Shown here: in pieces, positions 10,296 through 23,564 of the stretch
How positions within the stretch are numbered: the first letter of the stretch is position 1
Layout of the letters: every line of letters starts with the position of its first letter
Origin: Cetorhinus maximus
Lineage: Eukaryota
Direction of reading: 5' to 3'
Length of the DNA stretch: 56,004 nucleotides
NCBI RefSeq assembly: GCF_964194155.1
Contig: NC_135882.1
Span: 90,837,997 to 90,894,000, forward strand
Notes under the pieces: generated by a model
Seen by the model: only the letters and a program-made list of their open reading frames with translations
Database searches by the model: none
What the model was told of the DNA's origin: nothing
Made by a program: the position numbers and the translations under genes

Positions 10296-13200
10296 GTTTT
10301 TAACAGGCTGTTATGAATCTGCTAACTTAAGTAGGTAAGATTTTTTAATTAACTTATTTTAATATCCAGGTCCATTTTCAATCGAAATAAAACTTGAAAA
10401 ATGGTACTGTTAAAACTGAAAGACTTAGTGTAGGGCATTTAATAGTAGAAATATTTTTTCTTTTGATAATTTAGATCTCCCTCTTCTCTCATAATACAGT
10501 AATTTTTAAAAATCCTGTTGCTTTAGACACAAGTGCAATATTTTTGATGGTTCAGTAATGTAACCCAACAACACACAGTACCAATTATGTTTTATTGAAT
10601 ATAATTTAGATACTACAAGCACAAATCAAATTAAGCAGTAATAAACAATTTAAGCACATATTCCATAGTGTTCTTACTTATCACATTAGTACCAGTGTGC
10701 TACAGGAAAATTCACATTTGAGCTAATCTGCCTTTAATGTTGTGCCAGTGCATTTCATGTTGGCCTCTGTGAATTGTTCCTCCCATTACCAGCAACAATG
10801 TTTCATTTAAATGTAATGTAGCTGAAGGTGCTCTCTAAATATATTTCTAGTTTGGAAGAACTAAATCTATATCATTGTAATACTCAGTATTTTCTTCAGT
10901 TTGTGATCATATGCAACCATTGGAGTTTACCAATAGTCCACTAACAACAGTACAATGTCGTCTTATGACATTGTCTAATGAATTGTATTCAAGTTGAGTT
11001 TTAAAAGAAGATTAGTAAAGTCAAAAATAACCAATCTCTTAGAAGCTTTGTTAAAATTTTGCTTCATTTTAGTTCCTTTAAATTACAGTGACACTTACAA
11101 AATCAGCTGTTAACATTGACAACTAATATTTTGTTGTACAAGTTTCTTCTTGAGATACTGGCTTATGCCTCGTGACAAAAAAAGTTATCTTACAGCATTA
11201 TGAACTGATGTAAAGGATAGTTGTGTATAAATACAGTTGGTGAATATGGTTAAACCCTGATGAATTCACTTCAGTTTTGTTGTTTCCTGCTCATTTATGT
11301 TAGTTTCATGTGTAAATAGATATTTGTTATTTTTGGTTAATCATCACAAACCAACTGTTGGTCTCTATGCTGTTGTGCTAATATAGAAACAAAAAAACAT
11401 AGAACTTGTTAAAAGAAAACTTGGTTCATATAGTATCAATAACATTTCTTTAAAATAATGCTTTTGTCTGTGGATCTTAATATAGCAAAAATTGATGATG
11501 GATTTAAGACCAAAGGGATTGCAATTAATTTTGCACAACAGTAATTGTTTTGAAGTCCCAATTATATATTATTTTAATTCATCAAAGACATGAGAAAAGT
11601 CAAGTGGTGAGCTTTAAATTTGGGTTTTAGAATATAGTTGTTAAGTTTTGTGGCATTATTAGGTGCTGACAAATCAGTCAGCTAAACCTGCTTTACAGTT
11701 ACATCAATTAATATGAAAATATCTTCCATGAAACTGAGGTGTGCAATAAATTGTATTGGGTTTTTAGAATAGAGATAGATGGTCAAGAATATCTGGTTTA
11801 TCTTTAATGAGGTAGAACTATTTTAGCTTCATACCTGCTAATTGAAAATTAAACATAAAATTCTTAACTTTATTTTTAAATTGAGATGTATTGTCCCATA
11901 TTTTTATGAGTGTATGAAATACGAAATCACTCAAATTAAATTCTTTTCCTTCTCTGACATTAGTTCCCATCTTTCATTATGTGTACTTTATTATCCTGCA
12001 TTATGTATTCTATACGACATGTACTGATTCCTATTGAACAGTCATGATGTAAAAGAATAAAAAGATCGCTAACTTCCACAATTGCTCCAATTACGCGAAA
12101 CCTTCTGAATATCAATAGGAGTTGCTCAAAAAGAGCAAAACTCATATTCAGTAAATAAAATTACTATGTACTGTTTAGATTTAATCCTCTGTGCATGCAC
12201 ATTTTATTTATACTTTGTATGTGTGTGAAGCTAAATCTAGCTTTGATAGTTACTCAATACCAGATTTTATTTCTTTTTAAATGTCTAAATTATAATCTAA
12301 AGTAATACTAAAAATAAAAAAAAAATTTCTACTGCAAAAGCAGAGTCCTTATTCAAAAAATATTAAAGTATATTTTACGTATAAAATTAAGAATGGGTAG
12401 TAACTGAAAAATAAATTAGAATCTGAATCATCTTTAGGATTCTTTGGAATATATTGAAGGGAATAAGAAAAGTGTTTGGCACGCTTCTATAACTATCTTT
12501 GATTATTTTGTTAAAACGTGTTTAACAAAACTAATTAGTATGTACAATACATATCTATACAGAACCTTCATACCAGAAATATTACATATCATTGAAACTA
12601 AAACCAATTAAACCAAACTGAAATGCCAGTTGATGTTCATTCATCACACTAAAGATGACTAATTTAGAATTGATGTACTTTTTCAAGAAAAATTTGCCAT
12701 ATTATTCCAGTGATCCATCAATATATCTAATTAATGTGGTAATTTCCCCCTCTGTTCTCCAAATAACAGAATTTTAGCAGTAAGGAATAAACTTTAAATC
12801 TTGGGCTAGGAATTGAAAAGCTATGTTTTAAAGAATATAACTTTTAAGCAGAATTGTAACTTCAGGGACTTGCACCTTATATATTACTGCATAACACCAA
12901 ATTGGTTAGTATAGTTAATACTGAAGGAGACTGCAGCAAAATACAGGGAAGACATTAATAAGTTTGCAAAATAGGTATATAACTGACAGCTTTTAAAGGA
13001 CATAAACATGGTTATTGTGCTCCTCAATTGACCTGTCTATGCATTGTCACACCTATAGCACTCACATTAAAATAAGTAGGTGCTTTATTAATCTATCCAC
13101 GGTTAACTTTTTTTTTTCTTTTTGATACCATTTTAACATAAGGGAATATAAACCTCTTTAAATTGGCTTTATTTCTCTTAATATCTATTCATTTTCCATT

Positions 13201-13860
13201 TGAACCTAATAAACTTGTTTTGTCTAATAGGCATTACAACTCATGTGGTAATCACTAGTAGGAGGGCAGAAGTACTCAGATATTAGCATCTAAAATTACG
13301 GTAACCTGCTGAAATTGGTAAATTTCAGATTTGTTACCAATGCATCTAGATTTTATTTGGAGTTCTGTTTTTTTTTCCTATATCCATTTGTTGTTGAAAA
13401 ATTGAACCTGCTGAATATGGTTTTCTCGTGTGATCTTTTGATTCATTTGAATCCACCTCATTCCTATGTTGCAAAGCAATAGAACAGCTTTATAGCGTTA
13501 AGTAGAAATGTACTTTTTTGTTCAAATTGTGTCGACTTGGTTTATTTATACAAAATATATAGCTTCCATCTTAAGTAGGAATTAATCAAGAATCCAGTCC
13601 ACTTTTCAATAGTTCTTGTATTTCCAAAGACAGTATCAATCATATGGTTAAAAGAAGTGTCATTTGTTTACGTACATTTTTACTTCATTAAATTGGGGGA
13701 ATCCCATGATTAGGCGAAATCCCTACTTGCTAAAATATTTTAAAATTGGCTGTCTGCTTTATGAAATCAGTGAATCATACAGCCCTAACCCTAACCCATC
13801 ATGTCTGTGCCAGCTGTCTGAAAGAGCAACTAATTACTTCCATTGCCCTGCAAATTTTTC

Positions 13861-14815
13861 CTTTTTAAGCAGAATTGTAACTTCAAGGCCTTAGCCCTAT
13901 TAAATTTGACCAGATGACACCAAATTATGGGCTACAGTTAATACTGAAGAAGTCCAAAACAAAATACAAGAAGACATTAATATATTTTTAGAACGGCATG
14001 TAATTAGCAAATGAATTTCAATACAGATTGGTGTGAGGTGGTGCATTTTGGTGGGAAGAATAAAGAGGCTACGTACTCTTTGGCAAATTAAAATCCAAAT
14101 GAGGTAGAGGAGCAAAGGGATCTCAAGATACAGATACACAAGCCACTGAAAGTATTGACACAGGTAAATAAGACAGTTTTAACAAAAAAGCAAACAAAGC
14201 ACTGGGGTTAATTTCTATAAGGATAGAATTGAAATTTGTTAAGCTTTGTAGAGAACCTTGATTGGACCACATTTGGAGTACTGTAGATTTGGTCTCCATA
14301 TTATCCAAAGGATTTTGAGGCACTGGAAAAGCTGCAAAAAAAAATTCGAAGATAATAGTCAGGTACAACCTCTCAAATCTATCAGGAAATATTGATCAAA
14401 TTGTGGTCCTTTTCTCTAGAAAAGAGAAGGCTGAGGGGTGACCTGATAGAGGTGTTTAAGATTATGAAAGGGTTTGATAATGTAGATGTAGAGCAGATTT
14501 TTCCGCTTGTGGGTGAAACCAAAATTAGGAGCTATAAGTATAAGACAGTCACTGATTAATCCAATAAACAGCTTGGGAGAAACCTCTTTAACTAAAGAGT
14601 GGTTGAAATGTGAAACTCTGCAAAGAGTAGTAGGGTGAATGACATAGATGCATTTTTAAGGAGAATATAAATACCATGTGGGGCGAAAAGAATAGAACAA
14701 TACATTGATAGGGTTAGATGTAGTCCAGTGGGAGGAGGCTTGCATGGAGCCTAAACACAGGCATGGACCAGTTGGGCTGATTGGCCTGTTTCAATGCTGT
14801 ATATTTTATGCATTT
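13861..14815 (+). mobile_element. CR1-type LINE, decayed 3' fragment; related 5' piece at 12841-12960
   Basis: DDTKL-like motif at about 13913, RRLRGDLIEVFKIMKG at about 14424-14472, typical 3' tail. Confidence 0.85.
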
Positions 14816-16799
14816 TTGTTAAGATAGGTCATCAATGGTTAAGACATATTATTAGATTTACTCATAATCATATGCTAAATGTTCTCTTGCATTATCCAAA
14901 TATTAGTCTTCAACATTCTGTTCCTGTGAATTTTTTACAGTTTAACATTCAAAACTAAAATGATAAATTATATAAAATTCCACAATGTTACTTAATATTA
15001 CATTCTGTGAACACACTAAAGCCACTTGTGATATTATGAAGGTTAAATAAATTTGCATTGAAATTCTCTGTCCACCTTTTTTAAGAGAACATTACCCAGT
15101 TTTATTTTTAACCTGTTTAAAAGCTTCACTGAATTAGTGGATAGTTAGTTGAAACTTGATATTTTTGTATGAACACTCAACTTCAATATCACCCACCATA
15201 ATTTTCATATGCCAGATTAATTATGCAAATGTTTTCCTCTCCATTAGTTTTAGTGAATATGTAAATAGGTTTACAAATTACATTTTTCTAAAACTATACA
15301 ATAAGGAAATTAATAGATTATAGTTTTAATCCCCATATATCTAGACAGTGATGGCCATGTTCATATTCCTGTGCTCACTGGCATTCCAAATTATGTCAAC
15401 TCCCTGACTCTTGCTGAGCTGAGGGTGGGTTCATAATAATGTTCAATATTGAGCATATACTGCTGTTCTCTTTGTGGGCAGCACTTTTACATTTCCCAGT
15501 TCATGTACTGTACTGGATTTTGCAGGTATTTCAACTACTTATTACCTGATTCTGTATTCTTGGAAGGTAATAAAACTGGTAGTTAGTTATGTGACTCTGG
15601 TTTTGATGCACTTGACCTCAAATTTTAGTACTTTGAGTTGTACAAAAACTTGCAAAATATGTGTTTAAAACATATACTTTGTTTCCTACAAATGTTTAAA
15701 TACTGTTTTGCTATTTGACTTGCCAAATTATACAATTAGACATTAATATTCTGTTTATGCACAATACATAATCTATATTTAAATGCAATTTGAGTGCTCA
15801 TTGAAGATTATCTATTGCACATTTTAAATAAAACTTTGTATCTGTAATAAACTCTCTTATCCATAATAGCTTATTGTTCTCTTCTTTCTGACTTTCCATT
15901 TGTTTGTTTTGTAGTCTTTATAGAGGGTTTGCAAAGTCCATCTAAATGTATTTGTTTCAGTGAAGGGGATAGGATTTTTTCATATTTCTAGCCAACATGC
16001 ATTTTGTAGGTTTCTAATATAGTCGTCATGAAATTGAATGTTTAAGTTCTGAGCAAATGCATATTTTGCTTTTAAATATTATTATAACAAACATTTTAGT
16101 GAGTGTAAGGGAGTTAGCCGTGATTCACTAGCCACATGAAGTCACCAATTGTATTTTAATTAACTGAAAACCAACACAGGATCTGAGTTTAGGCTAAACA
16201 TTTTATGAATATGTTAACTCAGAAATAAAAATAGTTACAAATAAAAATTGTTTGAGAAGCATAAAGTGTCCTATTTTTGCTGAATTGCCTATTCATTCCT
16301 TAAACTCCTCAGGTAGGACTTTTTGGAAAAGAAAATGCAACAATGTTTCATTAATAGCTGTGCCACGTCCCATTTTACAGCTTTCTCTGTGACCTTTATC
16401 ACTTTTCTGCACGCTGAGTAGCTGGCTCTAATTGCAAGTGTATTGACCTATACAGACTTTCTCTACAAGGAAATTAAAATCTTGTGTCCAAGCCAATTAT
16501 CTTTTTGTCTCGGATCTGTTACAATATTTGGCTCTGCTTGATGATAGAACTTGTCTTCAACTCCTGCAGTGAGGTCGTTGCAAGCTGACTGATTTTTTTA
16601 TTTGAAGAGCTTGGAGCTTCCCTTTTCCCACAACCACTCCATTCAACTTTGCAGAATTAGTTGCATGAAATTTATCAAATGCATCATCATACAGAAATCG
16701 TCGTCCTAGTTGGCAAAATAAGTGAGTTTAACAGTTCCATAGGGCTGATGATGCAAAAGTGCATAGCAATCCATTTTCTGTTGACCATAATTTTGTTTT

Positions 16800-16925
16800 T
16801 AAGCATCGGGCCAAGTGTTGGAAAATGGGATTAGAGTAGATAGGGGCTTGATGACTGGCACGGACATGATGGGACAAAGGGCCTCTTTCCGTGCTGTAAA
16901 ATTCTATGACTCTATCTATGACTCT
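16800..16925 (+). mobile_element. CR1 3' tail fragment
   Basis: GGAAAATGGGATTAG...GGCCTCTTTCCGTGCTGTAAAATTCTATGACTCTAT tail. Confidence 0.75.
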
Positions 16926-17374
16926 AATTTCAAAAGTAAAAGAACCCTCCACTTATATCAGATCTATCAATCTGATTCTTCTGCTGAGCATTCATGCTTA
17001 CCTGAAACCAGTTGCTCCTACCAACATGGTCAGTCTCTCCACTTCCATTCCTAAACTGGTCTGGATAAGCCTAGGAAGTAACTCGATCTGCTAAATTAGT
17101 ATTTGTGTTTCAATTTTTCAAAGCTTTAAGTTTAAACAGCAATAATAGCTATTTGGACTTAATTTATATTAGATTATATATTAAAACATTAAACAAACAT
17201 TCTAATTATGTAACGTATGTAAGGTGGCCAATGCAACTAGGAAAAAGGTAATCCTAAACTGAGTTTACAACAGGGTACCTCTGCACCTTTTAAGTTTTCT
17301 CTCAACCAAGAACTAGCGGGGGATGCCTTTCTTGCCTTAACAGAGTAAGGAGAGGAAAAACCTGTATTTATACT

Positions 17375-17660
17375 GTGCCTTGGCTTATCGCGTTTCAGAT
17401 ACAACTCAGAGCACTTCATATCAATTACTTTGGAGTGCTGCCACTATGCAGGCAAAAGCAGCCACCTTGCTCATAGCAAGACCCCTTAAATAGTACATTA
17501 TGTTAATGGATAATTAGTCTGTTAGTAATTGGTTGCTGATATTTGACAGAAGGATGTAGGCAAGCAGACAGGTTGAACAACGTGATTCTCTTCGAATAAA
17601 GCCATCCAACTATATAATGGGACCTTGGTTTAACATCTAATCTAAAATACTGCTACACAT
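17375..17660 (-). mobile_element. Deu-domain SINE remnant (AmnSINE1/SacSINE1-like)
   Basis: Degenerate match to remembered Deu-domain blocks (GCAGCCA...CATAGCAAGACCCC; CTCTTCGAATAAAGCCAT; CCTTGGTTTAACATCT). Confidence 0.55.
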
Positions 17661-18432
17661 TAGCTTTTGTGCTGTGGACCAGACTTCTTTAAAAAAAAAA
17701 TTTAAATGGGGAAAATGTCCATCTAGTTTCAAATTCTGCTGTAAGAAAGTTGATTCTACTCTGAATATCTAGATTGAGATGGTAACCAATTATTCGATCC
17801 AATGGCACAAGAATAATTAAAAGTGCCACAGTTCTTCAAGGTCTGTAACTCACCAAGGACTGAATATAGGGACAGGAGAACGCCACTTTAGCCTCTGCCA
17901 TTCATTTGAGGTCATGGCTGATCTGCGACCTCACTCCATACATTCCCACATCCTTTTATTATATATGTGGGTAACAAATTTCTATCAAATTTCAGATTTA
18001 ATTTTTATGATTAATCTAACATTAATTGCTGGTTGTGGAAGAGTTCCAAACTTCTACCACCCTTTCACTCCTGATGGGTCTGGCTCTGATTTTTAGACAC
18101 TACCTAGTCCTAGACTCCCAAAACAACAGAAATTGCCTGTTTACCCTATCTGTTCCCCTAATATCTTGTAAGTGCCAATCAAATCACCCCTTTAACCTTC
18201 TAAATTCCAGGGAATGCATCCCTAGTTTGTGTAACGTCTCCTTGTAATTTAATCTTTGGTGTTCAGCCTTAATTCTGATAAACCTATCTCCCAAGTCCAA
18301 TATATCCTTTTTGAGAAGTGGTTCCCAAAATTGCTCACAGTACTTCAGGTATGCTCTAACCAGGGCTTTGTATAGCTGAAGCAAGACCCCTTTGTGTTTT
18401 AGTCCTGTGGCCAGCATTCCATTAGCCTCTTT

Positions 18433-21400
18433 GAAGGCTGAGCTCCAAGCCATCGTCAACAGCTTCACCGAAGCATATGAGAGCATAGGCCTTACACTAA
18501 ACATAAGGTCCTCTATCAACCTGCCCCATATACACTGCACTGCCCCCTGGTTATCCAAATCCACGATGAGGTTGTTGACAACGTGGACCACTTTCCATAT
18601 CTTGGAAGCCTACTGACGACAAGGTTCAACACCGCCTTCAGTGTGCCAGCAGAGCCTTTGGCTGCCTGAGGAAGAGAGTGTTTAAAAACCAGGACCTCAA
18701 ACCCAGCACCAAGCTCATGGTTTACAAAGCAGTAGTGATACCCGCTCTCCTATATGGATCAGAGACGTGGACTATGTACGGCATTCACCTCAAAACTCTG
18801 CAGAAGTACCACCAGTGTTGCCTCCACAAGATCCTGCAAATCCCATTGGCAGCATAGGCGCACTGACGTCAGTGTTCTTGCTCAGGCCAACATCCCCAGC
18901 ATCAAAGCATTGACCACGCTCAATCAGCTTCACTGGGCGGGCCACATCGTCCGCATGCCTGACAGACTCCCAAAACAAGTGCTGTACTCGGAGCTTCAAC
19001 ACGGCAAGTGAGGGGAGGCAATGGCGTAGTGTAACTAGTAATCCAGAGACCTAGGGTAATGCTCTGGGGACCCAGGTTCGAATCCTGCCATGGCAGATGG
19101 TGGAATTTGAATTCGATAAAAACCTGGAATTAAAAGTCTAATGATGACCATGAAACCATTGTTGATTGTTGTAAAAACCCATCTGGTTCACTAATGTCCT
19201 TTAGGGAAGGAAATCTGCCATCCTTACCTGGTCTGGCTTACACGTGACTCCAGACCCACAGCAATGTGGTTCACTCTTAAATGCCCTGAAATGGCCTAGC
19301 AAGCCACTCAGTTGTATCAAAGTGCTACAAAGTCTCCAAAAAGGAATGAAACTGGACAGACCACTCGGCATCGACCTAGGCACCAGAAATGACGACAGCA
19401 TACCCAACCCTGTTGAGCCTGAAAAGTCCTCCTTACTAACACCTGGGGGCTAATGCCAAAATTGGGAGAGCGGTCTCACAGACGAATCAAGCAACAGCCT
19501 GACATAGTCATCTTCATGGAATCATACCTTACAGATAATGTCCCAGGCACCACTATCACCATCCCTGGGAATGTCCTGTCCTACCAGCAGGACAGACCCA
19601 GCAGAGGTGGCGGCACAGTGGTGTACAGTCAGGAGGGTGTTACCCTGGGAGTCCTCAACATCAACTCTAAACCCCATGAAGTCCCATGGCATCAGGTAAA
19701 ACATGGGCAAGGAAACCTGCAGATTACCACGTACTGCCCTCCCTCAGCAGATGAATCAGTGCTCCTCCATGTTGAGCACCACTTGGAGAAAGCACTGAGG
19801 GTGGCAACGGCGCAGAATGTATTCTGGATGGGGGACTTCAATATCTTTCACCAAGAGTGGCTCGGTACCACAACTGATCAAGCTGGCCAAGTCCTAAAGG
19901 ACATAGTTGCTAGACTGGGTCTGTGGCAGGTGGTGAGAGAACCAACAAGAGGGAAAAACATAATTGACCTCATCCTCACCAACCTGCCTGCCACAGATGC
20001 CTCTGTCCATGACAGTATTGGTGGGAGTGACCACCGCACAGTTGTTGTGGAGATTAAGTCCCGCCTTCACATTGACATTACCCTCCGTCGTGTTGTGTGG
20101 CACTACCACCGTGCTAAGTGAGATAGATTTTGAACAGATCGAGCAACTCAAGACTGGGTATCCATGAGGCGCTGTGGGCCCTCAGCACAGCAGAATTGTA
20201 CTCTAACACAATCTGTAATCTCATGGCCCGGCATATCCCCTACTCTACCATTACCACCAAGCCAGGGGATCAACCCTGGTTCAATGAAGAGTGCAGGAGG
20301 GCATGCCAGGAGCAGCACCACAACCAGTGGATCCGATCTAAGCTCTGCAGCCCTGTCACATGCAGTCATGAATGGTGGTGGACAATTAAACAACTCACTG
20401 GAGGATGTGGCTCCACAAATATCCCCATCCTCAATGATGGTGGGGAGCCCAGCACATCATGTGCACACCAGTGCAAAAGATAAGGCTGAAGCATTTGCTA
20501 TGATCTTCAGCCAGAAGCGCTGAGTGGATGATCCATCTCGGCCTCCGGAGGTCCCCAGTATCACAGATGCTTAGCCTTCAGCCAATTCGATTCACTCCAC
20601 GTGCTGTCAAGAAACAACTGAAGGCACTGGATAGTGCAACGGCTATGTGCCCTGACAATATTCCAGCAATATTACTGAAGACCTGTGCTCCAGAACTTGG
20701 GTGCCCCCAGCCGAGCTGTTCCAGTGCAGCTACAACACTGGCATCTACCTGACTATGTGCAAAATTACCCAGGTATGTCCTGTACACACAAAACAGGACA
20801 AATCCATCCCGGCCAATGACCGTCCCATCAGTCTACTCTCGATCATCAATAATGTAATGGAAGGGGTTATCAACGGTGCTATCAAGCAGCACTTGCTTAG
20901 CAATAACATGCCCAGTTTGGGTTCCACCAGGGCCACTCAGCTCCTGACCTCATTACAGCCTTGGTTCAAACATGGACAAAACAGCTGAGCCCCTGAGGTG
21001 TGGTGAGAGTGACTGTCCTTGACATCAAGGCAGAATTTGACCGAGTGTGGCATCAAGGAACCTTAGCAAAACTGGAGTCAATGGGAATCAGGAGGGAAAA
21101 CTCTCCACTGGCTGTTGGAGGTCACCACCTAGCACGAAAGAAGATGGTTGTGGTTGTTGGAGGTCAGTCATCTCAGCTCCAGGACATTAGTGCAGGAGTT
21201 CCTCAGGATAGTGTTCTCGGCTCAACCATCTTCAGCTGCTTCATCAATGACCTTCCTTCCATCATAAGGTCAGAAGTGGGGATGTTTGCTGATGATTGCA
21301 CAATGTTCACCATTCGCTTCTCCTCAGACACAGAAGAAGCGGTCCATGTCTAAATGCAGCAAGACCTAGACAATATCCAGGCTTGGGCTGACAAGTGGCA

Positions 21401-22556
21401 AGTAACATTCGCGCCACACAAGTGCCAAGCAATGGCTATCTCCCAAGAAGAGAAAATCTAACCATCACTCCTTGATATTCAATAACATTGCCATCACTGA
21501 ATCCCCCACTATCAACATCCTGCGGGGGTGGGGGGGGGGGGGGGTTACCATTGACCAGAAACCGAACTGGACTAGCCAAATAAACACTGCAGCTCCAGGA
21601 GCAGGTCAGAGGCTAGGAGCCCTGTGATGAGTAACTCACCTCCTTGACTCCCCAAAGCCTGTCCACCACCTACAAGGCACAATTCAGGAATGTGATGAAA
21701 TGCTCTCCACTTGCCTGGATGAGAGCAGCTCCAACAACACTCGAAGTTTGCTACTATCCAGGAGAAAGCCCACTTGATTGGCACCCCATCCACAAACATT
21801 CACGCCCTCCACCACCAACGCACAGTGGCAGCAGTGTGTACCATCTACAAGATGTACTGCAAGAATTCACCAAGGCTCCTTAGACAGCACCCTCCAAATC
21901 TACGGCCACTACCATTATAGAAGGGCAAGGGCAGCAGATAGATAGGAACACCACCTGGAAGTTCCCCTCCAAGTCATTCACCATCCTGACTTGGAAATAT
22001 ATCGCCGTTCCTTCACTATCGCTGAGTCAAAATCCTGGAACTCCCTCCCTAACAGCACTGGATGTGCCTACACCACATGGACTGCAGCGATTCAAGAAGG
22101 CAGCTCACCATCACCTTCTCAAGGGCAACTAGGGATGGGCAATAAATGCTGGCCCAGCCAGCGAAGTCCACATCACATGAATGAATAAAATAAAAGAGCC
22201 CCAGAAGTGTAGAGGAAATGCTTCAAGTACACCATCAAAGCGTCCTTGAAAAACTGCAAGATCCCCTGACATTTGGGAATCTCTGGTCCAAGACCACCTG
22301 AAGTGGAGGGAAAGCATCCGGGAAGAAGTTGAATACCTATAGCCTTATCGCCAAGGGCTAGTTGAAGCCAAGCGTCGACAGCGAAAGGAGCATGTGGCAA
22401 ACCGGGCACCCCACCAACCAGTTTTCCTCCTACCACCATCTGTCCCACTTGTGACAGAGACTGTTGGTCATGCATCGGACTCTTTGTCATCTGAGAACTC
22501 ATGTTTAGTGTGGAAGCAAGTCATCCGCGACCCTGAGAGATAGCCTAAGAGAGAAG
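18433..22556 (+). mobile_element. RTE-clade LINE, 5'-truncated, split by a further LINE (parts 18433-19012 and 22196-22556)
   Basis: LLYGSETW, LHWAGHIVRMPDRLPKQVLYSEL motifs; 9-bp TSD AGCCTCTTT at 18424-18432 and 22557-22565. Confidence 0.9.
19013..22195 (+). mobile_element. Near full-length CR1/Zenon-like LINE (APE endonuclease + RT, frameshifted) with tRNA-derived 5' head
   Basis: A box 19022-19032, B box GGTTCGAATCC 19075-19085; APE motifs GDFN, DLIL, SDH in ORF 19453-20121; RT motifs FDRVWH, GVPQxSVLG, FADD in ORF 21000-21353; YKAQxR; A-rich tail. Clade name tentative. Confidence 0.9.
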
Positions 22557-23355
22557 AGCCTCTTTAATTATTTTCTGTACCTATTCTTGGCATTTTAATG
22601 ATCTGTGTATTGGGCCCAAGTCTCTTTTTGGACCTTCATATTTCTAACTTTTCACCATTTAGAAATGTTCTAATATTTTTTTTGGTCCACATTTCTGTAC
22701 ATTGACATCCATTTGCCACAATTTTGCTGATTCAATTAATCTATCAATATCTCTCGTAATTTTGCACTTCCAAACTACCCTGCATACAATGCCACCTATC
22801 TTTGTGTCGTCAGCAAATTTGGATATGTGGTTTTCTATTCCATTGTCTAAGTTATGAATAAATATAGTGAATGGTGGAAGCCCCAACTCAGATCCTTGTA
22901 AGACACCAATAATCACATTGTCTCAATTTGAGTACCTGCTCATTATCCTTATTCTTAGTCTCCTGTCGATCAGCCAATTTCCAACCAGGTCAATAATTTG
23001 CCTTCAGTTCCACAACCCTCGGAGGATCCTACTTGTACAGTTTGGCTCTGCTTATTTCCTTTATAATTTTGGTTCTACGTTATCAAGAGGGAAGGATCCT
23101 ACACAATTTTCCCCTACAGCCTCCAACCAAGATTCTACACCACGATGTAAAATAGGATTGGATTAATTTACTTTGCAAGACCACTATGTTGGTATTTGTC
23201 AAACTGTTAATGCATTTATGCAAGGTCTAACAAATATGGTTGCTTTTATCTTTTGTAGTAATGGGGACCTTTGATTTATCAAAACCATTATTGGTGAATT
23301 TCTGATCTGAATCAATGAAATACTGTCCGGTTGAAGAAGACGGCACAATTGATAT

Positions 23356-23560
23356 AAAACAGAAAATGCTGGAAATACTCGGGTCTGGCAGCATCTGCAG
23401 AGAGAGAAATAGATTTGACATTTTGGGTCGATAACCTTTGTTTATCAACCTGAAATGTCAATTCTGTTCCTCTCCACAGATGCTGGCAGCCCTGCTGAGT
23501 ATTTCTGCAATTCTCTATTTTTATTGCAGATTTTCAGCATCTGCAGTATTTCACTTTTGT
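23356..23560. mobile_element. Miniature fold-back element made of Penelope-like 3' ends
   Basis: Inverted arms about 23356-23435 and 23441-23522 plus a 40-nt 3' extension; termini homologous to the element at 26177-27743. Confidence 0.8.
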
Positions 23561-23564
23561 AATA

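Larger units (their letters stand above)
17860..23020 (-). mobile_element. CR1-type LINE split by an RTE insertion (parts 17860-18432 and 22557-23020)
   Basis: ORF 18184-18591 contains LYKALVRAYLKYCEQFW; ORF 22659-22916 contains GVLQGSELG and SKFADDTKIGG. Confidence 0.9.

Noticed and set aside
13783-13797. Telomere-like CCCTAACCCTAACCC
   Set aside because: Only about two units
21524-21544. G-run inside the LINE (and C-run at 27537-27571)
   Set aside because: Homopolymer expansion or sequencing error; absent from sister copies
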